Below, piece by piece: positions 1 to 10,785 of a stretch of 64,000 nucleotides of DNA; positions within the stretch are counted from its first letter, which is position 1, and each line of letters opens with the position of its first letter. A program made the translations under genes and the position numbers. The DNA comes from an uncultured candidatus Porisulfidus sp. (lineage in GTDB: Bacteria; Pseudomonadota; Gammaproteobacteria; Poriferisulfidales; Poriferisulfidaceae): NCBI GenBank assembly GCA_965116525.1, contig OZ220694.1, forward strand, positions 952,879 through 1,016,878, given 5' to 3'. The notes beneath the pieces were generated by a model. The model was given only the letters and a program-made list of their open reading frames with translations, was not told where the DNA came from and ran no database searches.

Positions 1-1
1 C

Positions 2-661
2 GACGCGCTGGTGACCGGGCCGGTGCAGAAAAGCGCGTTGTTGGCTGCAGGCTTGCCGTTTCGCGGCCATACGGAATATCTGGCCGAGCAGGCACATAGC
101 GAGTCGGTCATGTTGCTGACCGCGGAATCCCTGCGTGTCGCGCTCGCGACCACGCATCTCCCGCTGGCCGAGGTGCCGGAAGCCGTAACCCGGGAACGCC
201 TGGTCGGCATCCTGGACATCCTGATCACCGGATTGCGGTCGCGGTTCGGTCTGGCACAACCAAGGATCCGGGTGCTGGGGCTCAACCCTCATGCCGGTGA
301 AGGCGGCCATTTCGGACATGAGGAACAGGAAGTCATCGTGCCGGCCATCGAGACGCTGCGCCAGCGCGGCCATCAGGTAGAAGGGCCGGTTTCGGCGGAC
401 ACGGCTTTCGTCGACCGTGAAGGAGTCGACGCATTTCTCGCCATGTATCACGACCAGGGTCTCCCGGTTCTGAAGACGCTCGGGTTTGGGCGCGCCGTGA
501 ACGTAACCCTGGGGCTGCCGTACGTTCGCACTTCGGTCGATCATGGCACGGCTCTGGACCTTGCGGGAACAGGCCGATCCGATCCCGGCAGCTTGTTCGA
601 GGCTATCGATTCTGCAGTGCAGCAGGCGCATGCCGCCCGTCATTGGGCGGAAGCAGCATGA
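2..661 (+). CDS. pdxA: 4-hydroxythreonine-4-phosphate dehydrogenase PdxA, C-terminal part (5' end outside window)
   Basis: Translation ...[14 protein letters not shown]...[14 protein letters not shown]...[10 protein letters not shown] is a PdxA hallmark. Reading frame is open to the window edge. Followed by rsmA-apaG-apaH as in E. coli. Confidence 0.85.
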   Translation, partial: DALVTGPVQKSALLAAGLPFRGHTEYLAEQAHSESVMLLTAESLRVALATTHLPLAEVPEAVTRERLVGILDILITGLRSRFGLAQPRIRVLGLNPHAGEGGHFGHEEQEVIVPAIETLRQRGHQVEGPVSADTAFVDREGVDAFLAMYHDQGLPVLKTLGFGRAVNVTLGLPYVRTSVDHGTALDLAGTGRSDPGSLFEAIDSAVQQAHAARHWAEAA

Positions 662-1056
662 ATTCTGCTCCATTGCCGGCAGAGTTCCTCCGGGCGTGGA
701 ATGAGCGCGAGCCGTTGGCTGCCTTGGCCACGACTGCTCCGAACGACGAACCGAACGTAATCTGGGTGCTTTGCTTGCACCTGACTGACGAGGCTCAACT
801 GTTCGTGGCGGACAACGCCATGAGCAAGACTCGAGCCAATATCGAGGCGGGCAGTCCGGGTTCCCTGGTTTTTTTGGCCCAGCCTCGGCGCGCCTACCAA
901 TTGAAAGGACCGCTGTCCTATCATGCGGACGGACCGGTGTTCGAGGCGATGAAGCATGGCTGGTTGGATGACTCCTACCCTGGGCGTGGCGCGGTTCTGA
1001 TGGAGATCGGGGAAATCTACGCGGGCGCCGACAAGGTCTGGCAGCGCGACGCCTGA
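658..1056 (+). CDS. pyridoxamine 5'-phosphate oxidase-like FMN-binding family protein (putative)
   Basis: ~133-aa protein whose pattern (EPNVIWV..., [21 protein letters not shown]) resembles the PNPOx-like split-barrel. The ATG at 658 overlaps the pdxA stop (ATGA). The ORF-track start at 643 is a TTG. Confidence 0.45.
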   Translation: MNSAPLPAEFLRAWNEREPLAALATTAPNDEPNVIWVLCLHLTDEAQLFVADNAMSKTRANIEAGSPGSLVFLAQPRRAYQLKGPLSYHADGPVFEAMKHGWLDDSYPGRGAVLMEIGEIYAGADKVWQRDA

Positions 1057-1059
1057 ACC

Positions 1060-1839
1060 ATGGCCCTGCCGCCGCCGCGAAAACGCCTAGGGCAGCATTT
1101 CCTTTCCGATTCGGCAAAGATCGAGGAGATCGCCGCCGCGATCGGGCCGAGCGACACCTTGGTCGAGATCGGTCCTGGCCGGGGCGCGTTGACGCTCCCG
1201 CTGGCAGGGCAGACACGACACCTCATCGCCGTCGAGAAGGATCCGGTTCTCGCCGAATACCTGGAACGCCAGTTTGCTGGTAATCCGGGAGTTACGATCC
1301 GCTGCGCGGATGCGCTGGACGAGGATCTGTCGGCGTATCCGAAGGGCTTGCGGCTTGCGGGCAACCTGCCGTACAACGTGGCGACTGCACTGTTGCAGCG
1401 TTGGATGGAACTGCGGACACACTTGGCGGATCTGACCGTGATGGTGCAACGCGAAGTCGCACAGCGGCTCGCTGCTCCACCGGGCGATTCTTCGCGCGGG
1501 CAGTTGTCGGTGGCCGTTCAGTTGTTGATGCAAGTCGAACAGTTGCTGGAAGTCGATCCGGAATGCTTCGAGCCGCCCCCCCAGGTTGTCTCCACCGTGG
1601 TGCGGCTTGTACCCAAGGGGTCTCTCCCCATAAGGGAGGAGGAACGGAAGGATTTCATGCGCTTGGTCCGGCAGTCATTCGCATCGCGGCGGAAGACATT
1701 GCGCAACAACCTGCCGGAAATCCCGGATTCGGTGTGGGTGGAGACAGAGATCGATTCCGGGCGAAGAGCCGAGGCGCTATCGGGCGATGAATTCGTGCGA
1801 CTATTCCGGGCGAGCCAAGGGGAAGGCGGTTCCGCCTGA
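1060..1839 (+). CDS. rsmA: 16S rRNA (adenine1518/1519-N6)-dimethyltransferase RsmA/KsgA
   Basis: LGQHFLSD...EIGPGRGALT...GNLPYNV motifs. Canonical position after pdxA. Confidence 0.93.
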   Translation: MALPPPRKRLGQHFLSDSAKIEEIAAAIGPSDTLVEIGPGRGALTLPLAGQTRHLIAVEKDPVLAEYLERQFAGNPGVTIRCADALDEDLSAYPKGLRLAGNLPYNVATALLQRWMELRTHLADLTVMVQREVAQRLAAPPGDSSRGQLSVAVQLLMQVEQLLEVDPECFEPPPQVVSTVVRLVPKGSLPIREEERKDFMRLVRQSFASRRKTLRNNLPEIPDSVWVETEIDSGRRAEALSGDEFVRLFRASQGEGGSA

Positions 1840-1899
1840 CCCATGCCATTCTGGTAACCCGGTATAATTTGCGCCGTCATCCCAGTATTTTTTACCCGC

Positions 1900-2283
1900 A
1901 TGTCTGCCGCACAGGACTACAATGTTGATGTTCAAGTAGAGACCCAGTTTCTACCGGAGCAGTCCGAGCCGGACGACAGCCGTTTCGTTTTCGCCTACAC
2001 CATCACCATCACCAACACGGGAAGCCTGCCGGCGCGTCTGGTCAGCCGGCACTGGATCATTCTCGATGGTGCCGAGAACCGCCAGGAAGTGCACGGCGAG
2101 GGCGTTGTCGGGCAACAGCCGTACCTGGCCCCGGGCGAAACCTTCCGCTATACCTCCGGCACAGTCCTTCAGACCCCGGTGGGTTCCATGCACGGGTCTT
2201 ACCAAATGCTGGGAGACGACGGCACTTGCTTCGACGCCGAAATCCCCGCGTTTACTCTGTCCACCCCCCATTCCCTGCACTGA
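1900..2283 (+). CDS. apaG: ApaG (DUF525) protein
   Basis: 127 aa with the conserved ApaG core (FAYTITITN...HWIILDG...GEGVVGQQP). Sits between rsmA and apaH. Confidence 0.9.
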   Translation: MSAAQDYNVDVQVETQFLPEQSEPDDSRFVFAYTITITNTGSLPARLVSRHWIILDGAENRQEVHGEGVVGQQPYLAPGETFRYTSGTVLQTPVGSMHGSYQMLGDDGTCFDAEIPAFTLSTPHSLH

Positions 2284-2289
2284 ATCAGG

Positions 2290-3126
2290 ATGGCAGTTTT
2301 CGCCGTCGGTGACATCCAGGGGTGTCTGGACGAACTCTGCTCCGTTTTGAAACAGGCGGGTTTTCGCGCCCGCAAGGACACGCTTTGGTGCGTGGGCGAC
2401 CTGGTCAACCGGGGCCCGAAATCCCTGGAGACCCTCCGCTTCATTCGCGACTTGGGATCCCGAGCGGTCTGCGTGCTCGGCAATCATGACATCACCCTGC
2501 TTGCCTTGGCGGCAGGGGTTCCGATTCGTTCCCAACACCAGTTGCACGAAGTCCTGGAGGCCCCGGACCGCGACGAACTGATCGACTGGCTCCGCTCGCG
2601 CCCGCTGATGCATCATGATGCCGAACTCGACTACGCAATGGTGCACGCCGGACTGCTGCCCGAATGGTCTCTGAAGCAAGCTCTGGGGCTTGCTGGAGAG
2701 TTGGAGACGTTTCTCCGCAGCGATGGCTGGGAGAAGAGGATCCACAAACTCTATGGTCCCAAGCCGCAGCGCTGGAAAGAATCGCATACCGGATTCAAGC
2801 GCCTGCGGATCATCACCAATGTCCTGACCCGGCTGCGCTATCTGGACACCGAGGGCCGGATCGATCTGGACTGCAAGCTTTCACCCGTCAAGTGCCCAAG
2901 GGGGGTGACGCCCTGGTTCAGGGCGCCAGCGCGAAAGACACGCAAGACGCGCATCATCTTCGGTCATTGGTCGACGCTGGGGTTCTATTCCGGCAACAAC
3001 GTCTGGGGGATTGATACCGGTTGCGTCTGGGGACGGAAACTGACCGTCCTTCGGCTGGAGCCGAGCGGCCCCGTGCCGACCCAGATCCTGTGTCAGCAGC
3101 GGGCCTTGATCCGAAAAAATTCCTGA
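2290..3126 (+). CDS. apaH: bis(5'-nucleosyl)-tetraphosphatase (symmetrical) ApaH
   Basis: N-terminal MAVFAVGDIQGC...GDLVNRGP...GNHD metallophosphatase motifs. Confidence 0.93.
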   Translation: MAVFAVGDIQGCLDELCSVLKQAGFRARKDTLWCVGDLVNRGPKSLETLRFIRDLGSRAVCVLGNHDITLLALAAGVPIRSQHQLHEVLEAPDRDELIDWLRSRPLMHHDAELDYAMVHAGLLPEWSLKQALGLAGELETFLRSDGWEKRIHKLYGPKPQRWKESHTGFKRLRIITNVLTRLRYLDTEGRIDLDCKLSPVKCPRGVTPWFRAPARKTRKTRIIFGHWSTLGFYSGNNVWGIDTGCVWGRKLTVLRLEPSGPVPTQILCQQRALIRKNS

Positions 3127-3584
3127 TGGCGGAAGGCATAGGCATGCCGTTCATCCGCCGGATGGAGCTGCTCCTGTTGCAGGGTGAAGTCTGACAGGTC
3201 CAGTTCCGGGAGCCGCGCGTCGCCCTCGATATCGGTATCGACCGCAGTCAGGTAAAGCCGGTCGCAGAGCGGTAGGAAGTGGTGGTAGATCTTCACGCCG
3301 CCGACAATCATCACTTCAGGACTTCCGGCACAAAGTTCCAGGGCTGCCTCCGGACTTTTCGCCCACTCGCATTCCCCCTCGACAGGGCGCTTTGAAATCA
3401 CGATGCAACGGCGGCGGGGCAGGCCCTTTGGAAGGGACTCCCAAGTCATGCGGCCCATGATCACGGGTTTGTCGAGCGTGATGCGCCGGAAATTCCTGAG
3501 ATCATCCGGCAAGTGCCAGGGGAGCGAGTTCTCGTGGCCGATCACCCCGTTCCGGGAAATAGCGAGGACAGCCGAAAGAATCAT
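3093..3584 (-). CDS. folA: dihydrofolate reductase
   Basis: [32 protein letters not shown]...VIMGRMTWESLP...IMVIGG is classic DHFR. Confidence 0.93.
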   Translation of the reverse strand: MILSAVLAISRNGVIGHENSLPWHLPDDLRNFRRITLDKPVIMGRMTWESLPKGLPRRRCIVISKRPVEGECEWAKSPEAALELCAGSPEVMIVGGVKIYHHFLPLCDRLYLTAVDTDIEGDARLPELDLSDFTLQQEQLHPADERHAYAFRHQEFFRIKARC

Positions 3585-4378
3585 CAGATGGCCACCGGGG
3601 CGGCAATGTGCGGATGGCTCTGATAGTTCTCAAGTCGGATATCGTCGTGGCTGAACTCGAACAGGTCGCGAACTTCAGGATTCAGATGCAGGCTCGGTAA
3701 GGGGTACGGCGTGCGTTCCAGTTGCGTGCGCGCCTGTTCCAGATGATTTTGGTACAGATGCACGTCGCCAAATGTATGGATGAATTCTCCGGGTTGCAGG
3801 CTGCAGACCTGCGCCACCATCAGGGTCAGAAGCGAATAAGAGGCGATGTTGAATGGCACGCCGAGAAACAGATCCGCGCTGCGTTGGTAGAGCTGGCAGG
3901 AGAGTTTACCCTCCGCCACGTAAAACTGGAAAAGTACATGGCAAGGCGCCAGCGCCATGCGGTCGAGATCGGAAACGTTCCAGGCGCTGACCAAGTGGCG
4001 CCTTGAGTCCGGTTGTGCCTGCAGTTGTTCGATCAGGGTGCTGATCTGATCGTGGTGATCCCCACTTCGTCCCGGCCAGCTACGCCACTGGTGGCCGTAG
4101 ACCGGGCCCAAGTCACCCTGCTCATCGGCCCATTCGTCCCAGATGGTCACTCCGTGCTCCCGCAGGGACTGCACGTGGGTTTCCCCGCGCAGGAACCACA
4201 GCAATTCGTGAACCACAGACTTGATGTGAATTTTCTTGGTGGTGACTAAGGGGAATCCTTTAGCGAGGTCGTAGCGGTTCTGGTAGCCGAATACCGAACG
4301 GGTGCCGACCCCGGTGCGATCGGGCTTGTCGACGCCATGTTCCAGCACGTGTTGCAGCAGGTCGAGGTAGGGCTTCAT
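3584..4378 (-). CDS. thyA: thymidylate synthase ThyA (264 aa)
   Basis: [26 protein letters not shown]...[12 protein letters not shown]...HIAAPVAI. The listed 439-aa ORF is an upstream in-frame extension; the true ATG is at 4378 (complement), overlapping the lgt stop by 4 nt. Confidence 0.93.
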   Translation of the reverse strand: MKPYLDLLQHVLEHGVDKPDRTGVGTRSVFGYQNRYDLAKGFPLVTTKKIHIKSVVHELLWFLRGETHVQSLREHGVTIWDEWADEQGDLGPVYGHQWRSWPGRSGDHHDQISTLIEQLQAQPDSRRHLVSAWNVSDLDRMALAPCHVLFQFYVAEGKLSCQLYQRSADLFLGVPFNIASYSLLTLMVAQVCSLQPGEFIHTFGDVHLYQNHLEQARTQLERTPYPLPSLHLNPEVRDLFEFSHDDIRLENYQSHPHIAAPVAI

Positions 4379-5151
4379 GACCGGGCGCTCCGGGCGTACC
4401 AGGCCATAGCCACGCCAGCCAAGGCCAGAGGGATGCAGAGAAGCTGACCCATGGTCAGCCAGCCGAACGCAAGGTAGCCGAGGTGGGCATCTGGCAGGCG
4501 CACGAATTCCACCGCGAAGCGCATAACGGAATAGCCCAGGGCAAACACTGCCGCGACCGCCCCGACAGCCCGGGGCTTCCGGGCGAACCACCAGAGAACC
4601 GCAAACAGGACGATGCCCTCCAGCGCCGCTTCGTACAACTGGCTCGGATGGCGGGGCTCGGGGCCTGCTGCCGGGAAGATCACCCCCCACGGCAGATCGG
4701 TAGGCCGTCCCCAAAGCTCGCCGTTGATGAAGTTTCCGATCCGGCCGAAAAACAGTCCGATTGGCACCATCGGGACGCAGAAATCGACGGTGGCCAGCCA
4801 TCCGACATTCAGTTTTCGTTGCCACAGCCAGATCGCGATCCCCACTCCGATCAGGCCGCCGTGGAAGCTCATCCCGCCTTCCCAGATGCGCAGAATCATC
4901 CAAGGGTCGACGAGCAGATAGTCCGAATGGTAGAACAGGGTGGAACCCAGCCGGCCGCCGATGATGGCGCCGAGGGCTCCGTAGAAAAGCAGGTCGCTTA
5001 CCTGTTCGGGGGTGACCGCCGTATGCACCCGGCGGGCGTGGCGGACGCCAAGCAGCCAGAACCCGGCAAACCCCAGCACGTACATCAGGCCGTACCAGTG
5101 GATATGCACGGGGCCTATCGCAAGGGCGACCGGGTCCCAGTCAAGAAGCAT
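4375..5151 (-). CDS. lgt: prolipoprotein diacylglyceryl transferase
   Basis: 258-aa polytopic membrane protein with [11 protein letters not shown]...GGRLG...[14 protein letters not shown] Lgt signature. Conserved lgt-thyA pair. Confidence 0.92.
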   Translation of the reverse strand: MLLDWDPVALAIGPVHIHWYGLMYVLGFAGFWLLGVRHARRVHTAVTPEQVSDLLFYGALGAIIGGRLGSTLFYHSDYLLVDPWMILRIWEGGMSFHGGLIGVGIAIWLWQRKLNVGWLATVDFCVPMVPIGLFFGRIGNFINGELWGRPTDLPWGVIFPAAGPEPRHPSQLYEAALEGIVLFAVLWWFARKPRAVGAVAAVFALGYSVMRFAVEFVRLPDAHLGYLAFGWLTMGQLLCIPLALAGVAMAWYARSARS

Positions 5152-5194
5152 GGTGGAAGTTTAACAAAACCCCGCACCGTATAATTTTGGATCT

Positions 5195-7213
5195 ATGCCA
5201 AACCGTCTCGCCGAAGCTTCCAGTCCCTACCTGCGCCAGCATGCGGACAATCCGGTGGACTGGTATCCGTGGGACGAGGAGGCGCTGCGCGAAGCAAACG
5301 AAAGCGGCCGCCCGATCCTGCTGTCAATCGGCTATGCCGCCTGCCACTGGTGCCATGTGATGGCACACGAGTCCTTTGAAGACTCGGCGACTGCAGAGTT
5401 GATGAACCGCCTGTACGTCAACATCAAGGTGGACCGTGAAGAACGTCCGGACCTGGACAAGTTGTACCAAACGGCGCAAATGCTGCTGACCCAGCGCGGC
5501 GGCGGCTGGCCGCTGACCCTGTTCCTCACGCCGGACAAGCGGGTCCCATTTTTCGGCGGCACCTACTTCCCGCCGGAGCCTCGCCACGGGCTGCCGGCGT
5601 TCAGCCAGATACTGGAGCGGGTCGCGGAGTGGTACAGCGAGCATGCTGGAGAACTGGCCCAGCAAAATGAATCGGTATGCGCGGCATTGCGGCAAATCCA
5701 CCAGTCGCCCCAGGCAACCTCTTGGCCGGAAGGACTCGAGGCGGATGTCATCGAGGGTTTGGCGCGATCGTTCGATGCGCAGGACGGAGGATTCGGCGGC
5801 GCCCCGAAATTTGCGCGTCCGACCCAGTTGCAGTGGTTGCAGCAACAGGAAAACCCACAGGCGCAACACATGGCGACGCATACCTTGTCGTGCATGTCCG
5901 AGGGTGGAATCCAGGATCATGTCGGCGGCGGCTTCTACCGGTACTCGGTTGACGCGCACTGGATGATTCCCCACTTCGAGAAGATGCTGTACGACCAGGC
6001 TCTCCTGCTGCCGCTTTACGCGGAGGCCTGGGCGCGCACCGAGTCTTTGCCGTTGCGGATCGCGGCACAGGGCATCGTCTCGTTAGTCACCCGCGAGCTT
6101 CAAGATGAGTCCGGTGGCTTCTACTCCAGCCTGGATGCCGACTCTGAAGGGGAGGAGGGCAAGTTTTACGTGTGGACGCCGGATGAGGTGCAGGCGCTGA
6201 TCCCGGAAGAGCACTATCCGGCATTTGCATCCCGATTCGGGTTGGATCGCCCGGCTAATTTCGAGGGCCTTTGGCACCTGCACGGGTTTCGAACCATGCT
6301 GGAAGCCGCGGCGCACACCAAGCAGCCGATGGAAGAGCTCCAGAGCGTGTTCGACCAGGACCTGCAGCGCCTGTTCGAAGCCCGCTCGGCCCGCATCCGG
6401 CCGGGGCTGGACGACAAGATGCTGACCAGTTGGAACGGCCTGATGATCCGAGGCCTGGTTCTGGCCTCGCGCCTGCTGGACGAGCCGGGCTGGCTCCGCC
6501 ACGCAGAGGCGGCATTCGATTTCGTTCGGGACCGGCTTTGGGATGGCCAGCGACTGCGGGCAAGCTTCAGCCAGGGAACGGCTCACCTGAACGCATATCT
6601 GGACGACTATGCGTTCATGCTGGAGGCGGCGCTTTTGTTGCTTCAGAGCCGCTGGAACAGCGAGGACCTGAAGTTCGCCGAGCAACTGGCCGAAGTAATC
6701 GCCGAACAGTTCGCGGATCCTGAGGGAGGGCTGTTCTTCACGTCGCACGACCATGAGGAACTGCTGGTTCGCCCGCGGCTTCTGGCCGATGATGTCGCAC
6801 CGTCCGGTTGCGCGGTTGCTTGCGAGGGGCTGACCCAGATCGGGCACCTGCTCGCGCGGGGCGATTGGGTGGAATTGGCGGAACGGACTTTGGCAAGCGC
6901 ACAAGGCGCCATCGTGCACGCGCCGCAGGAACACGCCCGGTTCATGGAGGCCCGGCTTGCGGTGGAACAGCCTCCTCCGCAAATTATCCTGCGCGGCAGC
7001 GGGCCGGAATTGGAGCGCTGGCAATCCACGGCGCGACACGGCAGTCTCCGTGCAGACAGCTACGCCATCCCCGAAGAAGCGGAAAATCTCCCGCCGGCAC
7101 TGTCGGACAAGCCGGCACAGGGCGAGGCGGTGGCCTATGTCTGTGTCGGGCCTACTTGCGAAGAGCCGATCCGGTCTTTTGATGTCTTCAGAGAAAGAGT
7201 CCAGGCCCCGTGA
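5195..7213 (+). CDS. thioredoxin-domain protein of the DUF255/YyaL family (N-acylglucosamine-2-epimerase-like C-terminal domain)
   Basis: N-terminal [47 protein letters not shown] is the DUF255 thioredoxin-like motif. 672 aa is typical for the family. Confidence 0.85.
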   Translation: MPNRLAEASSPYLRQHADNPVDWYPWDEEALREANESGRPILLSIGYAACHWCHVMAHESFEDSATAELMNRLYVNIKVDREERPDLDKLYQTAQMLLTQRGGGWPLTLFLTPDKRVPFFGGTYFPPEPRHGLPAFSQILERVAEWYSEHAGELAQQNESVCAALRQIHQSPQATSWPEGLEADVIEGLARSFDAQDGGFGGAPKFARPTQLQWLQQQENPQAQHMATHTLSCMSEGGIQDHVGGGFYRYSVDAHWMIPHFEKMLYDQALLLPLYAEAWARTESLPLRIAAQGIVSLVTRELQDESGGFYSSLDADSEGEEGKFYVWTPDEVQALIPEEHYPAFASRFGLDRPANFEGLWHLHGFRTMLEAAAHTKQPMEELQSVFDQDLQRLFEARSARIRPGLDDKMLTSWNGLMIRGLVLASRLLDEPGWLRHAEAAFDFVRDRLWDGQRLRASFSQGTAHLNAYLDDYAFMLEAALLLLQSRWNSEDLKFAEQLAEVIAEQFADPEGGLFFTSHDHEELLVRPRLLADDVAPSGCAVACEGLTQIGHLLARGDWVELAERTLASAQGAIVHAPQEHARFMEARLAVEQPPPQIILRGSGPELERWQSTARHGSLRADSYAIPEEAENLPPALSDKPAQGEAVAYVCVGPTCEEPIRSFDVFRERVQAP

Positions 7214-7980
7214 AATTTTTACGCGGGTTGTGGCGGCTTCCGAGGTTGCTGTACCTCATCGGACGGGGGCTTGTAGAGGGAAACTCGAAACATCTCCGCG
7301 CACTTAAATCCACCCCCCCGGATCCTGAGGCACAGGAGAAGAACCGGGAATGGTTCAGGCGCGTATTGGCCTGCCTGAACATCAAGGTAGCCATAACCGG
7401 CGAGCCAGCCGAAGCGCCGTGCCTGGTGGTGTGCAACCACATCTCGTGGCTGGATATTCTGGTGTTGGGCTCGGCCATGCCCGTGGTGTTTCTAAGCAAG
7501 GCGGAAGTCGCCCAGTGGCCGCTGATTTCCCGCTTGGCCCGGGCAGGCGGGACCTTGTTCATCGAGCGGGGAGGCGAGGGAGCAGCACGACGCAGCATCG
7601 AAGGGATCCGTAAAGCGTTCAAGCGGCAGCAAAGCGTTGCGGTTTTTCCTGAGGGAACGACTGGGAAGGGTCACACCGTGCTTCCTTTTCATCCTCGCCT
7701 TTTTGCGGCGGCGATCGAAAGCGAAATGCATGTGCAGCCAGTCGCATTGCTTTATCCGCACCCGGAAGGTGTGCACCCGAAGGTGCCCTACGTGGATCAG
7801 CAAACTTTGGCCGCCAGCATCCTGGAGATCCTCGGGTGCAAGTCGATCCAGGCGGAAGTATTCATCGGCCCGGCAATCGACCCGGGGAACCTAGATCGCC
7901 GTCATCTGGCGGACCGGGCGCGGGAGTTTGTGGTTGGAGTCGTGGAGCAAAATCCCGGAGATTCGGGGCGGGAAGAATAA
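7210..7980 (+). CDS. 1-acyl-sn-glycerol-3-phosphate acyltransferase family protein (PlsC-like)
   Basis: HxxxxD motif (CNHISWLD) and FPEGTT acyltransferase motif. Start overlaps the previous stop (ATGA). Confidence 0.8.
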   Translation: MKFLRGLWRLPRLLYLIGRGLVEGNSKHLRALKSTPPDPEAQEKNREWFRRVLACLNIKVAITGEPAEAPCLVVCNHISWLDILVLGSAMPVVFLSKAEVAQWPLISRLARAGGTLFIERGGEGAARRSIEGIRKAFKRQQSVAVFPEGTTGKGHTVLPFHPRLFAAAIESEMHVQPVALLYPHPEGVHPKVPYVDQQTLAASILEILGCKSIQAEVFIGPAIDPGNLDRRHLADRAREFVVGVVEQNPGDSGREE

Positions 7981-7988
7981 AGAACGAT

Positions 7989-8012
7989 GCCTCATAAATG
8001 CATGAGGACGAT
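7989..8012 (-). terminator. putative intrinsic terminator downstream of rpsT
   Basis: Hairpin CCTCAT-(AAATGC)-ATGAGG, followed on the minus strand by a T-rich tract (TTCTTTATTCTT). Confidence 0.35.
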
Positions 8013-8037
8013 ATTCCGGGAATCTCCCGGCGGAGTT

Positions 8038-8304
8038 TTAGGCGCTGAGGCTTTTGATTCGCGCGTTCAGGCGGCTTTTCTGGCGGGCTGCCTTGTTGCG
8101 GTGGATCAACCCACGGGTCACCGCGCTGTCGATCACGGGAACGGCTTCCCGGTAGGATTGCAGAGCCTGCTCGCGTTCACCCTGTTCAATCAGTTTGACG
8201 ACTTTCTTGACGAAGGTGCGATAACGCGACGCCAAAGCCATGTTGGCTTCATGGTGCGAATCCGCTTGACGGGCGCGCTTGCGGGCTTGAGCTGAATTAG
8301 CCAT
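8038..8304 (-). CDS. rpsT: 30S ribosomal protein S20
   Basis: MANSAQARKRARQADSHHEANMALASRYRTFVKKV...LIHRNKAARQKSRL is unmistakable S20. Confidence 0.95.
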   Translation of the reverse strand: MANSAQARKRARQADSHHEANMALASRYRTFVKKVVKLIEQGEREQALQSYREAVPVIDSAVTRGLIHRNKAARQKSRLNARIKSLSA

Positions 8305-8348
8305 AGGCGGCGCATTATATATGATGCGGCCGAAACACAGTTGCGTTT

Positions 8349-9554
8349 TCAGTCTTGCCGCACGATTTCACCGGGAAAGGGCATTCCCGCGCGCAACCAC
8401 CGTGGCCCGTCCAGACACCCATCTGCTTGATGGATGAAAAACCTTCGCACCGTCCGATAACGGCCAGCCAACTCCAGGGCCAAGTCTCCCGCTTGCCTGA
8501 AACCCTGCCATCCACTGGCAAAGCCCAAGCGAAACCCTTCAAGCAGATACTGTGTTGCCCTGACGGGGCCTTTGCGGCGGCGTTCATACGCGCGCATGGC
8601 GCGCATGCTGAGCGAATGAATGTCGATTTCTTCCTGCAGGACGGCTGCATCCATCAGCCCCAAGTTTTGACCCAGTCCTGCCAGGGGGTGCACCACGTGT
8701 GCCGCATCGCCTGCCAGCACGATGCCGTCCGCGCACCAGTGCGGCGCACAGCCACGGCCTAGAGGAAAAGACTTGCGTGATCCGCAAAGGCGAGTCGCGC
8801 CCAAGCGTCCTCCCGTGGCTTCCGTCAGTGCTTTTTCGAATTCTTCCGGATTCAGGTCCATTAGCGCCTCGGCTTGGGTTGTCGACCAGACCAGCGAATA
8901 ATGCCGATTGAACAATGGCAACAAGGCGACAGGGCCGTCCGCGGTAAATCGCTGCCATGCTGTTTGCTCGCCGGGAAGCTCGGTTTCGATTTCCGCAACA
9001 ATCGCCTGCTCGCGGTACGGCTGGTAATCCCACTCGAGTCCAGCCAGTGACCGGGTCTTTGAATCTACGCCATCCGCCGCCACGACCAGGCGGGCATCTA
9101 ACTGCTTGCCGGATTCCAAGCCCAGAGTGACACCCGACGTGTAAGGCTCTAGCTGGGCGATCGAGTCCGGACAGCGAAGCGTCACGCCGGAATCCTGTAC
9201 AGCCTGATGCAATGCTCGGATCAGCACCGTGTTCTCCACGACATGCCCGAGTTGCGGCTTGTTGATGTCGGACGCCAGAAACTCGATCCCATCATGGTCG
9301 GTTTCCCCCCATGCTTGCATCCGGGTCCAGGGCGCGGCCCGGCTCAGATCCAGGTTCTGCCAGGCTCCGCAGGCCCGGAGAATCGCTTCGGATGCCGGAG
9401 TCAACGCCAGCACCCGTATTTCCGGGTCCGGTCCCGGTTCTTTCGGTGGGAGTTCCTGTTGCTCGATCAGTTCCACCTCGAATCCGGACCGCGCCAGCAG
9501 TGCGGCCGTGGTCAGGCCGATCGCGCCTCCGCCGACAACAACAACATCAGGCAT
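8349..9554 (-). CDS. FAD-dependent UbiH/UbiF/VisC(UbiI)-family ubiquinone biosynthesis hydroxylase
   Basis: MPDVVVVGGGAIGLTTAALLARSGFEV is a Rossmann FAD fold. Has the DG(V/I)xS and GDAAH motifs of the family. Part of the conserved pepP-ubiH-visC block. Confidence 0.85.
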   Translation of the reverse strand: MPDVVVVGGGAIGLTTAALLARSGFEVELIEQQELPPKEPGPDPEIRVLALTPASEAILRACGAWQNLDLSRAAPWTRMQAWGETDHDGIEFLASDINKPQLGHVVENTVLIRALHQAVQDSGVTLRCPDSIAQLEPYTSGVTLGLESGKQLDARLVVAADGVDSKTRSLAGLEWDYQPYREQAIVAEIETELPGEQTAWQRFTADGPVALLPLFNRHYSLVWSTTQAEALMDLNPEEFEKALTEATGGRLGATRLCGSRKSFPLGRGCAPHWCADGIVLAGDAAHVVHPLAGLGQNLGLMDAAVLQEEIDIHSLSMRAMRAYERRRKGPVRATQYLLEGFRLGFASGWQGFRQAGDLALELAGRYRTVRRFFIHQADGCLDGPRWLRAGMPFPGEIVRQD

Positions 9555-10785
9555 GGGCCGATCCTTTTCTTCCAGCCTTCAGGGCCAGGTCGGCCCGCGG
9601 CAAGTCAGCGCCCATTCCAAAACGGACCAATCGGGTCCGACATTTCGGCATGCCCTCCAAGGCGAACAGGCTGGCTGCGCGCAAGCCGCGGATTATGGGG
9701 TTTCGCATCACAAACCCGCGGGCAAGGATATCCGTAAATCCGGCGACCCTCCGTGCATCCGTGTCGCGCACCTGCGCGTACTCTTCCAGCAGTTGCGGGG
9801 CACCCGGGTCGGCTCCCTTCTGCTTGGCATCTCCGAGCACCTGGGCAAGCCATGCAGCATCCCGGACCACCAAGTTGAACCCTTGTGCCGCGACGGGGTG
9901 AAAACCATATGCCGCATCGCCGATCAGGACACAGCGCGTTCCTACCCGCTGTTGAACTCGCCGGAATGCCAAATCGTACAAGTTGCGTGGTCCCGCATTA
10001 ATGACTTGGCCGGCGCGCGATCCCAGCGCCTGTTGCAGTTCCCGGCAAAACTTGGAATCCGGCCAGGTTCGGGCCTCCCGGGCCGTCTTGCGGGACAAAG
10101 CCCACACCAAGGCTCGTCGGCCCGACGGATGCGGCAGCAGCGCCAAAGGCCCGGTGCAGGTGAAGCGCTCATAAGCCCAGCCTTCCGCTGCACGATCCAT
10201 TTCCACTTCAGCCACCACCGCGCTTTGATCGTAATCCACTTCTTCCGCATGCAGCCCCAGCGCGTCGCGCAGGGCCGATCGCGCTCCATCCGCCGCGATC
10301 AACAGGCGACCGCACACGGTTTGCGGTGTGTCGCCCTGCTGGATTTTCAGAGCAATGCCGGCACCCTGAGGTTCTACCTCTTCAACGGATGTCTGCGTCA
10401 TAAACGTGCAATTCGGCAAATCGTCGACCGTCTCACGTAAAATTTTGGCCAAAATTCCTGCAGGCACGACATAACCCAGGGCCGGCAATTGCTCATCTTC
10501 GGCATGCAGGCGGGTCGATCCGAAAGCACCGCGCTGGGAGACATCGATGCGCGTCACCTCCGCGCATTCGGGCCTGAGCGCGTCCCATGCTCCGACCTCA
10601 TCGAGAATGCTCCGGGTGCTTTCGGACAGAGCGAGGCTGCGCGGGTCGGACAGGGCGGAAAGTCCATCGCTGCGCTCCAGTACCATGATTCGCCAGCCGG
10701 AAGATCCCAACAAGACGGCCTGCACCAGTCCGGCCAGACCGCCGCCGGCGATAATCAGATCCTGATTTGTTTCGGCTCTGTTCAC
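9547..10785 (-). CDS. FAD-dependent UbiH/UbiF/VisC-family ubiquinone biosynthesis hydroxylase (second paralog)
   Basis: IIAGGGLAGLVQAVLL...GDAAYGFHPVAAQGFNL. Adjacent to pepP and to the paralog, as for ubiH/visC in E. coli. Which one is ubiH versus ubiI cannot be decided by eye. Confidence 0.85.
   Translation of the reverse strand: MNRAETNQDLIIAGGGLAGLVQAVLLGSSGWRIMVLERSDGLSALSDPRSLALSESTRSILDEVGAWDALRPECAEVTRIDVSQRGAFGSTRLHAEDEQLPALGYVVPAGILAKILRETVDDLPNCTFMTQTSVEEVEPQGAGIALKIQQGDTPQTVCGRLLIAADGARSALRDALGLHAEEVDYDQSAVVAEVEMDRAAEGWAYERFTCTGPLALLPHPSGRRALVWALSRKTAREARTWPDSKFCRELQQALGSRAGQVINAGPRNLYDLAFRRVQQRVGTRCVLIGDAAYGFHPVAAQGFNLVVRDAAWLAQVLGDAKQKGADPGAPQLLEEYAQVRDTDARRVAGFTDILARGFVMRNPIIRGLRAASLFALEGMPKCRTRLVRFGMGADLPRADLALKAGRKGSAHA

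Noticed and set aside
1951-2787. Long antisense ORFs opposite apaG/apaH, and similar ones opposite DUF255 (6083-7039), ubiH (9229-10440), obg (13164-14366), the vWA gene (25377-26702), the lipoprotein (30881-31795), uvrD (34769-35803, 36041-37048), polA (41084-41563), yidC (51444-52407) and mnmG (56861-58672)
   Set aside because: These are typical high-GC antisense open frames. Their translations are Arg/Pro/Ala/Gly-rich low-complexity with no domain patterns, and each lies opposite a well-conserved gene.
3584-4903. 439-aa ORF on the minus strand spanning thyA and most of lgt
   Set aside because: Only the C-terminal 264 aa are thymidylate synthase. The N-terminal 175 aa are an Arg/Pro/Gly-rich out-of-frame read-through of lgt with no homology pattern. 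The true thyA start is ATG at 4378.
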